Positions 23,013 to 33,458 of a stretch of 36,483 nucleotides of DNA are shown here, piece after piece; the stretch's first letter is position 1, and each line of letters opens with the position of its first letter. The DNA is from Reclinomonas americana ATCC 50394 (taxonomy: Eukaryota). The notes under the pieces are model-generated. The model searched no databases. It was given only the letters and a program-made list of their open reading frames with translations, and was not told the DNA's origin. The stretch spans positions 50,347 through 86,829 of the forward strand of contig PS015230.1 of NCBI GenBank assembly GCA_048213135.1, given 5' to 3'. The position numbers were made by a program, and so were the translations under genes.

Positions 23013-23921
23013 CGCAACGCTGCACGGAGCACTTGACTGGTGCCAGTCGGCGGCGAGATGAGCACAATGCTGCGTCACCGACGAGCAAGGCCGTCAGTCA
23101 GTCGCTTATCACGCGCGAGAGAGCGACACATACACACACAGCGCAACTTGTACTTGCGATTGCGCAGCGTCGACAGACAATACACAAAGTCAATGTCGCC
23201 AGTGATGGCCACAATCGTCAGCGGCGGCGGGTTATCCAACGCAAACGCCATCATGTCGACAATCTACACGCAACGTGATGAGCTTGCGGATGACACCAGC
23301 TCGAAAACAAGGTTTCATGACAGCGCACCATCATCTGATCCGCAGTGTTCTTGTTGCCCGTATGTGGTGTATCCGTCAACGATACTGCGCATTAAACACC
23401 CTTGCTCCTCAGCATGCGCGCGTGGATAGGCGCAGACGGAGGCAATACACGCACGGCAAACCTCCCGACGACTGCAACTCATGTCGCAACGAGCGCTGTT
23501 TCTCCGACACACCAATCTCCAAGTATGCCTTGAAGAGCACAATCGGACCAAATGCATGCACAGTCTCCCGCAAGCGCTCCACCAGCACATACCCCGGCAT
23601 GCCCTTGGGAACCGCCGCATTCTCTACACACATTTATGGTTGAGATCGAGAGTTGCAACACACATGAGTGGCACGAGCGCCAGTCGCAACCTGTGTCCCA
23701 GAAAATGGCCACAGGTCCTTGACACAAGTCACTGGGGGCGCTCTCTGCACTCGCCTCCTCAATGTGCACCTTGGGCGGCGGCGGAGGTTGCGGTGCTGTT
23801 ATATGACTTTTGTGAGTGCGTCTTTTATGTTTGAGAGGAGATGCGTACCAGCAGCAGTGAGCCGCATGTTCGGCGGACGCTGCTTGTGACGCGCAGACGA
23901 CGGAGGTGCCGCGGAAGCCAT
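20317..23921 (-). CDS. NYN-domain ribonuclease with a C-terminal LOTUS/OST-HTH-like domain; two internal exons lie on an inverted contig
   Basis: NYN motifs VAIFWDTENAAVP, NKNTADQMMIVDMMAFALDNPPPLTIVAITGDIDF, YNIVLI and ANVVLRWRYDVL. Exons 21202-21472 and 21538-21657 read on +, then 20442-20317 on -, giving WSAIGSQMRQRNPLIYSRQGCRNLKEYLVQ/AEKAGFVKL. ATG 23921. Confidence 0.85.
20576..20662. repeat. (GT)n microsatellite abutting a gap
   Basis: Perfect GT dinucleotide run of more than 40 units. Confidence 0.95.
21963..22101. repeat. ~30-bp imperfect direct repeat (GAGTTATGCG.T.CAGATCGCAGCTGTCG), two copies about 107 bp apart
   Basis: Copies at ~21965-21993 and ~22072-22100, each preceded by (GA)n. 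The second copy ends at a gap. Confidence 0.8.
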
Positions 23922-24171
23922 TGTGTGTGTGTTATGTGTTCAAGTGTGATGACGTCACTTTGGTCGCGATCGGATTTGTCACCTGCGCAAGGTAAGCGCG
24001 CGCGTGTTGTTGTTGCTGTTGCTTCTTTGCTGTTGTGCGTCTTGTGCGTGTGTGTATCGTGCGCGTTGTTGGAAAGCGCGGCAAAGTTGTTGTGATGTCT
24101 CATGGCAGTTTGTCTTCTCCGCACAGCCTGCCTCCCACTCTCTCTTCTCCTCTTCCCTCTCCACCAAAGCA

Positions 24172-26209
24172 ATGAGCGACGAACACGGTCTGGAGTCGGT
24201 GGACGACGAGGCCAACATGAGCGAGGGCGCGATGTCCATGTCACTCCCTCCGCCCCCGCCTCTGCCGCCGCCACCGCCACCCACTGTGAGCATCAGTGAG
24301 GAAGGCACAGTCACATTGTCGATCACCGCTGCCGTCAATCCGTTCGAGGTGAGCTGCTTGCTTTGTCGACAGTGATGATGATGATGGCGAGTGGCTCGCT
24401 CGCTCGCTCGCTCGCGCTGGGCGAGCAACACGCGCATTTGCTGCGGCAAACCCCCCTCGCGCCCCAATTGAACCTCCACCTACTCCTCTGTCTCTGTGTG
24501 GTGTGCGCCACGCGTGTTTTCTTTTCGAGTGCGCGTGTCTCGTGTGTTTGGTGTCATTGGCGCTTCTCTGTGTGTGCGCATTGTGAGAGCATTTCCCGCC
24601 AAATTGTGCGTTTCCACTTTGAGTTTGCTCATTGGTTGTCGTCGCAGCCGCAGCGCAAGAGGCCACTGGAGGCCGATGGCAGTGCACGGTCCAATTCGCC
24701 GCCTGCTGTGCGGCAGCGGCATAGCATGTCGCCGACACAACAACAGGCGCAACAGGAGGAGCCGAATGCTGCTGCTGCTGCGGCGGCGGCGGCTGCTGCA
24801 GTAGCACAGCTGCTTCCTGCGCAAATAGACGCGGCGGCGCTTCTGAACGACCCGAACCTGCTGGCGGCGCTGGGGAATTTGCCGCCGAGCATGTTTGCCG
24901 GACCGGAAATGGAGCAATTGCTGGCGGCACTGGCGGCCTCGACGTCACCGGCCACGTTCCAGGAGATGTTGAGCAACAGCAGTGCGTTCTTGCAGCCGCT
25001 GGGAGCGCCTGGTGGCAATCCAATGGCGGCAGCGGCAGCAGCGGCGGCAGCGGCGGCGGCTGCTGCGCTCAAGTCACCGGGCACGCCCGGCAGTGGTGGT
25101 CTCGGTGGCATGTTCCCCGGCAGTGGCGGGCTGAACGAGGACTCGGGCTCGGGTGATGGCGACAGTGGACGCAAGTCGCGTGGACGCTGCACGTACTACC
25201 CGTGCGAGTTCCCCGGCTGCACCAAGGTGTTTACGCGCTCGTTCAATTTGCGGCGGCATGTGGACACGGCGCATCGCGGTGTCACCTATCCGTGTTTGGT
25301 GGAGGGCTGCACCAAGGTGTTTACCGACGTCTCGCATCGGCGCTCTCACGAGAAGAATGCGCACGCGGATGTTGCGTCTCCCCATCCTACTACTTCTACT
25401 CCCTCCTTCGCACACTCACTTTCCCTTTTGGCAGTTGTTCTCTCCCTCGGCTGGGAGCTCACGACGCCGGCAGAGCGACGCTGGCGCACAACAGCAACTG
25501 ATGCAGGGCATGCCATCGCTGGAATCGGAGACGGCCAATCTGTTGGCCATGCAGCAGGCGCTGCAGTCGCTGGATCCTGCGCAGTTTGCCGCTCTCGCCA
25601 ATGTCGATCTCAACTCGCTGCTCCTCTCCACGGTCGCCGGCACATTCCCGCCCGAGCTGCAGTCGCTGCTGGCCGGCCAGCTCAACATCCCCGCCGAGAT
25701 GGTGGCCGGCATGTTGGCACCTCCGCCGCCACCTCCGCCACCGCCGCCGCCGCCACTGCCACCGAGTGACAGCGACATGCCGGCCGCCGAGGACATGAGC
25801 TCCTCGTCGCCGGCCACAACAACAACGACACCCACAGCCGAGTTGTTGCTGGGCGGTGACCCTAATGCCGCCAGCAGCTCCATCGATGCAGCCTCTGGTG
25901 CGTGCTTGTAAAACCTTCGAAATAACCAGAAGACCCACGGACTTTGCTGACGGTGGTACGCGCGATGCAGTCATTCCACCGTCGCTCCCCATGATGCCCT
26001 CGTCAACCGTCTCCTCCGGACTCTCCATGGACCCCATGCTGCTGATGCCGACCATGATGGGCAAGTCGGCGGAACCAACACGGCCCCTCAACCAATCCGT
26101 CATTGTCTCTCAGGCGGTGGGCATTGCCGATGCCAACCTGCCTCCACTGCGCCCAGAGATGCAATGTGCACTCTCCGTGGCTCCACTGCCCTCTGCCGAC
26201 ACTGTCTAA
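24172..26209 (+). CDS. C2H2 zinc-finger transcription factor (two fingers) with Ala/Pro/Gln-rich regions
   Basis: Fingers YPCEFPGCTKVFTRSFNLRRHVDTAH and YPCLVEGCTKVFTDVSHRRSHEKNAH at ~25196-25364. Introns start at 24349, 25371 and 25898. TAA 26207-26209. Confidence 0.88.
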
Positions 26210-26280
26210 AGCGACGCTTGAAAGCAAGCAACAATGAATGAAAATTTACACTTTGATCATTGTTGTGTTGCTGCAGCGAC

Positions 26281-26983
26281 ATGGAGCGCGCACTGGCCGA
26301 TGTCGACAAGGGCCTGCGCAGTGCATCAGTGGAGACGCGATGTGCAGCAGTCGCACGCTGTGCACCTCTGATTGCTGCATTCCCACTGCCCTCACTCATC
26401 AACGCCACCATTCTGCGCCTGTCTGCGCTCTACAACTCGAGGCACGCACGCACACTCACACTTACACACGCAAGAGAGAGAGAGAGGGAACAGCATCATC
26501 ACTGACAACTGTGCATTTGTGATTTTTTTGCCTGCATGCAGCACCAACTTTCTTCGCTATTGGATTCTGAAGGTGTTTGAGAAAGTGGAGGCGCACATGG
26601 GCCGCCTTCTCAACCCCGAGACCGTGCTCTCACACGTGACTGCGTTGCTGGAGAGCAACGACTCCACTGCGCGGACTCTGACACTGCGCGTGCTGATCAC
26701 GATGCATGCACTGTTGCCGGCACGTGTGGACTTGCATCATCGCTTCTTGCGGCTGCTGGCGGCGCAGCAGAGTCAGGAACGCATTGCTGTGCTGGCACTG
26801 GTCGATCGACTGTGCGGGGATTCGCGAGAGTTTGCAGTGTCGGTGCTGCCGCGTGTGCTGGAGATGGTGCAGGCGACGGGCGCGACGGACTCGGAGACGC
26901 GTGTGCGCGCTGTGCATGTGCTGCGGCACTTCCACTTTGATNNNNNNNNNNNNNNNNNNNNTCTCTCGTCTTCCCTCTGTGTC

Positions 26984-27043
<60 letters not shown>

Positions 27044-29925
27044 TCCTCTCCCTCCCTTCCTTCCCATTGTGCCCTTCTCACTCTATCTCTCTCTCTCTCC
27101 CTCTTTACTTCCCCTTCGTCTCCCCCCAACAGGCACTGACCACCACGCTGCAACACGACAACACGCTCGTCGCCTCGCTGAGTTTGCGATTACTCGCCGA
27201 GTGCACCACTGGCGATCGCGACGATGCGTGGATTGTGACGCAGTGTGAGCGCTCACTGCTCCTGCTGGTGACCGACAGCACCGCGGCGAGTGGGTCCGAT
27301 GCTGTGGCAGAAGACGACGAGGACGCGAGACTAATGGATGTGGATGGCGATGCTGTTGATGGAGATGGCGCGGCGCCAGGCCGTGTGGCGAGTGGCAGCC
27401 GGCGCCGTCAGAAGACTGCTGGCGAGGAGGATGACGATGATGATGGCCGGCGATCATCGTCACAGTCTCGCCGGTTACAAGCCGTTCGGCATGTCGTCTC
27501 CACGTTGCAGTCCGTGCTCCAGTGCGTTGCCTTTTTTCGTCTCCCACTCTCTTTCCATATTCCATCTGCTCACATTATGATTATGTGGGGCAGACGCGGC
27601 GTGCAGGATTCTTCGCTGCATGCCGACGTGCTGCGAATCATCGTGTCGAGTCTTGTCACTAGTCTGAAAGGTTCACCCGCATTGTCAGTGTACTCTTCGT
27701 CTCTCCATCTGTCTCACTCCGTATCTGCAGAGTCCACCACTGTGGCCCTACACCATGTGTTCTCTGAAGCACTGCTGCGCGCCGGAATCGTATCCGTGGC
27801 AGAGCAGCGCGTGAACGACGATTTGCTGTGCACCCTCGTGGCCGCCGTGTGCGACCGGCCGTGCGTGACCCGCGAGGCGGAGACTGTATTTGTTGCGTGC
27901 CTTCCCTCCGTCGCACACGCCTCGCCTTTTAGTCGCTCACTCACCCGCCTTTTCCAAAGTATCAAGCGTGTCGCTTTGCGCTGCGCACGAGTTCGCGTGG
28001 CGAGCACGCGCCAGTGGCGTTGGCGGTGTGTGACGCCGGCCGAAGATTACTCGACAGCGGCGACTCCTGGCGTGTGTACATGCTGGTACGCGAGTGTGTC
28101 TGCGAGGGATTTGTTGGACCGGCTGCCGAGCTCTTGCGTGGCGTGGTGGAGAAGAAGGCATGTGCCTCTCATCCCGTCGATCACACGACTCTCTGTTCTG
28201 CCCGTGCCTCCACTCACACTGCGTGGGTGCGCAGGTCGAGTCGGAAATCGTACTGGCCTGGATGACGTGCCTGATGCACTTGTGCTCCTTCGAGCAGGAG
28301 GTGGAACGAGCGGCGGAGTCAGCTGGCGAGTGGAGTCTGCTCGACAGCGCGCACCACCTGCTGCGCGCACAAGAACAGCTGCATGTGAGCTTTCTTCACC
28401 CTCGTGATCTCTCGCGCAGCTACATTGCTCATGGTGCATAACGCAGGTGTGCCGCCCGTCGACCGACGGGTTGCGATTCCAGAAGCGGTTTGTGGAGATC
28501 TACGGCGACGTGTGTCTCACGCTGGCGGGTATCCACGCACAGCTCGGCAGCCTGCTCAATCATCCGCTGAGTGATCGTCTGTGGATGGTGGACGAGTGCG
28601 TGGCCTCGAGTGCCGGCTGGAAGGACCAAGTGGCCACTCTGCGAGACCGATTCGCTGCGCTCTCGGCTGGCTTTGTCGACATGGATGCCGTGTCGGTGGT
28701 GTGCCTGCAGACGTTGCGTGATTCCAAGTGGGTTTTCTTCAGTTTCTTCTTTTTGCTGAAGCGAGTGGTCGACACAGGTGGGAGTCGGCGTTGGATCTGG
28801 TGTGGAGAATGGTGTCGTTTGTCGAGGCACGAGCTCACGAGTTGCGTGCATGCCTCGCTGAGTTGTGTTTCCCAGCTGCATGCTGACTGTCGATACCAGT
28901 GGAGTGACTGGGGTGCTGACGTTGTACGAGCGTCTGGTGGTTCCCGACGCCCCGCTCTTTGCCGACACACTGCCCCTGCGCCACGTGGCACCCGCCGAGG
29001 CGGTTGCTGAGTTGGTGTCGCTCGTGCAACTCGGAATCCCGGAGCAGTTGAGGGCGCTGGCGGACCCACAGGTGAGAGTCTCTTGGTGGCGATTCGTTGC
29101 AGTTTGTCGCTCATCCACCATGCAACAAAAAGGATGAACTGGCATGTGCTGTGGAAGCCTTGGAGGCGGTCATTGCGCGTGTACAATGTCTCGGCATTCG
29201 CCTGCCAAGATACTTGCTCGTCACGGCACCACGGGCCGCCGTCAAGGTGCGCCTCCCGTGTGTGTGCTCCAATCAGTAGTAAGCATGGTGTATGACCCTT
29301 TTCCTCCCCTCCCGCCCAGCTTGACGTCAGTCCCAAGCCGAGAAAGAACAAACCATCGGCAGCGGTCGATGTGCATGCCATCTTCCCGCTGCACGTCTCC
29401 GGGGTGGTTGAGGGACCAGCGCGAAGTTGCGGGCTCATCACACGTAGTACTGCATCGACAGCAGTCTCACTTTTTCTCTCTCCCTGCCCCTCTGCCGCAG
29501 GTGTGGCGCAAGTGGAGCACGTTGAGCTGCGCGTCAATGTGGAGAACTCGTCGATTCCGCCCGCTGCGCTGCCACCACCACAGCGCTTCTTCCTGGCTGT
29601 GTCGCCCGACGACCACAGCTTCTCCCAGTCGTGCCCTCTGACGCTGTCCGTGGTCGGCGAGTACACGGTGGTGGTATGGGTGCTGGTGGCGGGGGCGCAC
29701 GAATCGAGTGTGTCGTCGTCGCAGGTGAGTCGCGCGCGCCTCCTGCTCACTTCCCCCCGACACTCACTTTTTTGTGCACAGCCGAGCAATCGCGAAGGAT
29801 TGTTGGACTTTGTGCGGACCACGGACGAGTGGCCAGAGACCGGTCGTGTGTTTGCGCACGGCATTCGCAAGCACCCACTCGTCGTCCATCGCACTCGCCT
29901 CTCTGTGCAACCCAAGGGCTCATAA
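26281..29925 (+). CDS. INTS7: Integrator complex subunit 7 homologue
   Basis: N-terminus ALADVDKGLRS..RCAAVARCAPLIAAFPLPSLINATILRLSALYNSSTNFLRYWILKVF..SNDSTARTLTLRVL matches the INTS7 N-terminal pattern. Later LPRYLLVTAPRAAVKLDVSPKP precedes a beta-rich C-terminus. About 12 introns. TAA 29923-29925. Confidence 0.88.
26984..27040. repeat. (CT)n microsatellite in an INTS7 intron
   Basis: Direct reading of the sequence. Confidence 0.9.
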
Positions 29926-30013
29926 ACTTCGCATAACACTAGTTCATTGCGTGCTCCGTCACGGTCAGTCAACGGGAGAAAAGAGAGGGAGGGAGGGATG
30001 GCGTGCACAGGGC

Positions 30014-30343
30014 TCATGAGAGGCCGCGGCCTCTTCGCAACTTGACGAACGCTGCAATGGCCAGGCACGCGCTCAGACCAAGCCTGCGGGCCCAAATGTG
30101 TGAGTGGCGACGATAATTGTCACGACAGTGTGTGCACGCACCAGGTGGTAGCATAGATGAGATGCTTGGTGGGCGACACGTAAAAGTCGGTGAACTCATC
30201 CGGCGACTTGAGGTACGGCAGCGAGCCGACACGCGGCGCCTGAATGGCATCTGCCACACACAAAACAGTCAGCAAACTCGCCTCGCTGCTGTTTTGCGAA
30301 GAACAAAAAAACGCAACCAACAAACAACTCCAGCTGCTTCGGC
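30014..30343 (-). CDS. SURF1: SURF1/Shy1 cytochrome c oxidase assembly factor, 3' end (5' part in the gap)
   Basis: Spliced LFVDAIQ...VSPTKHLIYATTWLGLSACLAIAAFVKLRRG* has the H-L-x-Y-x-x-T-W motif followed by the terminal transmembrane helix typical of SURF1. Intron donors at 30317 and 30141. Confidence 0.75.
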
Positions 30344-30725
30344 NNNNNNNNNNNNNNNNNNNNNNNNNNNNNNNNNNNNNNNNNNNNNNNNNNNNNNNNN
30401 NNNNNNNNNNNNNNNNNNNNNNNNNNNNNNNNNNNNNNNNNNNNNNNNNNNNNNNNNNNNNNNNNNNNNNNNNNNNNNNNNNNNNNNNNNNNNNNNNNNN
30501 NNNNNNNNNNNNNNNNNNNNNNNNNNNNNNNNNNNNNNNNNNNNNNNNNNNNNNNNNNNNNNNNNNNNNNNNNNNNNNNNNNNNNNNNNNNNNNNNNNNN
30601 NNNNNNNNNNNNNNNNNNNNNNNNNNNNNNNNNNNNNNNNNNNNNNNTGATTGATCGACTCTTTGGATGTCTTCTTGACGTCGTTCTTGTGTATTCGACT
30701 TGCCCCCGATGCCCCACCATTCGCC

Positions 30726-31957
30726 TCACAAGTGACAGTGGTCGCGCATACGATGCACAAAGTGCACGAGGTTCGGGAACTCCAGAACGCGCTTGTGCAG
30801 CGGATCGTCGAGGTACGAGGCCTCGGAGACCAGCTGTGCGAGGTAGCCAAAGGCGACTGCGTCGGCCGTGGTCGGGCCCGGCTGGCCGAGGAAGAACTCC
30901 TTGTCGGCCAGTGTGGCGGAGAAAGCGTCAATATCGGCAATCATCTGTGCGTGCCAGTTGTTGTCGTCAGTTTTCTGAAACAGGCGGGGAAAAAGGCAAT
31001 GCTGCACGAGCGCGTACCGACGACCAGAACCTGTCCTCCGTGTTGTTCATGTCACCGCAGTGTGACAGCTTGTTGTATAGGCGGCGTCGCTTCCACCGCG
31101 ACATGACGGTGGCCGTAATCGCCGCCATGCGCGGGCGGAACAGGTGCTCCTTCATCACGTCCTGTCACCAGATGAGAACGGAGAACCTACACCAAGGGGA
31201 GAGGGAGAGGCACGCAACAAAGGCCTCGGGGACCATATATCTGGAAAATTGGAGGCCTCGCCGCAAGTGATCCTGTGCAACACAACACGCGGCCGATGAG
31301 TGAGAGTGAGAGTGAAGAGAAAATTCTTTCCCGCTGACACGGAAGAACCTCGCAGGTGCGATAGATAAAGTGAGAGACGGCCTTTTGTGTCGGCAACAGG
31401 TTGGCGTCGGGATTGAGATCGGGGAACTCGTGGCGCAAGAACTCCATAATGGCCTCCGTGTCGCCAATGGCGCGGTCGTTGAGCACGATGAACGGCAGTG
31501 TCAGTGTCGGGCTGACGCGTGTGGTCATAATCTCCCTGTGTGCGGAGAATTGAGTGTCAAAGTCGAGACTAGATAGAACGCACTGGGGTGGAGAAGAGGA
31601 GGAGGGACGCAACACAGGCTCGTACGGAATGCGACTCATGGAGAGCCACGCCATGAGGGCGAGGCACGAGGGTGACACGGAACCAGGAATATCAAAAAGC
31701 GGGGGCATCACAAACACGTACAGCAAGTCGCGCCGGAAACAGCCACGCTGTGGTATTCACTCTGTTCAGTGCAAGGGCACACACGCACACACGCGCGCAC
31801 TCACCGCCCGCGCAAACTCGACAGCTTCGGCACTCTGCGCACGGAATTCTTCGTGGCTGGTGCCGCGCGGCGGCGGCAGAATGAACAGACGGTAGATCAC
31901 CATGGCGGTCAGGGCAATCAACCACGGCGCCAGGAACACCACCCACATGGTGATCAT
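30726..31957 (-). CDS. FAX/metaxin-like glutathione S-transferase-family protein with an N-terminal hydrophobic anchor
   Basis: Motifs SVSPSCLALMAWLSMSRIPYE, SPTLTLPFIVLNDRAIGDTEAIMEFL and DIDAFSATLADKEFFLGQPGPTTADAVAFGYLAQL...FPNLVHFVHRMR. Five phase-consistent introns. Confidence 0.85.
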
Positions 31958-32098
31958 GGTGGCGGGAGAGGGACGCGGGGAATCAGGGCTGGAGCGGCGG
32001 CGGCAGAGAGCGTGGATTGTCTGTGCGTACTCGGCAGCAGACAAACGACGGAGACGCTGGCGACACGCGGCTCCGCGTGGACGATGTGCTTTCTCCCG

Positions 32099-33458
32099 TC
32101 AGACAGAGGACGACGATTCTCCGCCACCACCATCATCGTTGTCGTCGTCGTCCTCCGGCAGCCAGTAGACGACGCGATTCTGGCCATCAAACGGCAGCGC
32201 GACCTGCCGGATGTCCGGATGCTTGGCCATGAGGAACTCGATCAGCTGCTCGGTCTCCACCACCGGCGCTCCGGTGGGTCCTCGCCGATGGGCAAACAAG
32301 TGCGGAAACACGCAGCACGGCAACACCGCAAACGGCCGGCGATGATCGAGCGCCCACTCCACAATGCCATCGGTGGCCTGATCCGGATGCATGCCCACGA
32401 GACACGAGCAGTCGGCCAACACCGCCTCCAGCTGCGCCGCCGAATCCGCCACCGCCGCCGCCGCCGACTGCAACGAGGCATCGCCGGCCAGCGAACCCGG
32501 CGGGTACTCGAAAATGGAGAGGATCTGTGGCGGTGGCTCCGCCGACTGCCGTCGCAGAGCACGCCGCTGATGCGAGCGAAGCACCCGCGGACGCTGCTTG
32601 CACGAGAGGTGAGGACACTCGCACGCACGACGCACTGCTCTCCTAAACGCCAACGCACCGGATCCACCAAGGTCGACGGAACGCCGTGACTCCACAACTC
32701 GAACGACACATCGCCTCGTCCTCCGGCGACATCCACCACTCCAGTGCCCCTCCGCAGCTTCACCACGCCCACACACTCCAGCAGCCAGTCGACAAAGACA
32801 CGTGCACGACGCGAATGATTCCACACTCCATCATCGTCACTTGCCGCCGATCGCGATGACCAGCGTTCCACGCGCGCAGCTGCCACGCGTTCCCGCCCGA
32901 TCACGCGACGTCGCTCGCGCCGCGCTGCCACCCACGTCGCACGCAACGCCGCACGCTCCTCTGCGTCCTGCACATGCCGCCGCGGACACGCCTCGTCGCC
33001 ACGCAAACACGAACCCGTCAACAAGTGAAACTTGCACAATCGATCATCATCATCGTCGTCGCAGTGGCGAGCAACAGCAACAATGTGTGCCGCATGCGTC
33101 GTCGTGGACAGTCGCTCGAGGTGAACGCAGCGGAGTTCATCATGCTCCGCCGCCCATGCGCCTCGCACGCGGATTTGATCTCCGCGACGCACCACACGAT
33201 GTGCAGTGTCCATGCACTCGGCATTGCACGTGTCGCTGCGACAGACGACCTCGACGAGGGAGGCATCGGGGGCGGAGAGCAGGTCGAGGAAGCAGAGCTT
33301 TTTGGAGAAGATGCGGTGGTGCACAATGATGCCCTCCTGTGTGGCGGAGTGAGTGAGAGAGAGAGTGAGAGAGAGAGAGAGAGTGAGTGAGAGCGAGGGA
33401 AGTGGAGGGTGATGAGTGAGGGCACGCACACCAGAGTGACGATATCGATGTCTCCCAT
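32099..33458 (-). CDS. OB-fold + CCCH zinc finger + SAM-dependent methyltransferase-like protein
   Basis: OB-like LEGIIVHHRIFSKKLCFLDL..RRGDQIRVRG. CCCH finger LCKFHLLTGSCLRGDEACPRRH. Motif I VVDVAGGRGDVSFEL..TLVDP, followed by LVGMHPDQATDGIVEWAL..PFAVLPCCVF. Two introns. Confidence 0.8.

Noticed and set aside
1384-23278. Long ORFs of 300-630 aa spanning N runs
   Set aside because: They are artefacts of translating assembly gaps as X.
28560-30095. 511-aa minus-strand ORF over INTS7
   Set aside because: It has no protein-like motifs, and the + strand has coherent INTS7 exons and splice sites.
4378-31613. Many stop-free introns of length 3n (possible regulated retention)
   Set aside because: This is expected for ~70-nt GC-rich introns, and enrichment cannot be shown by eye.
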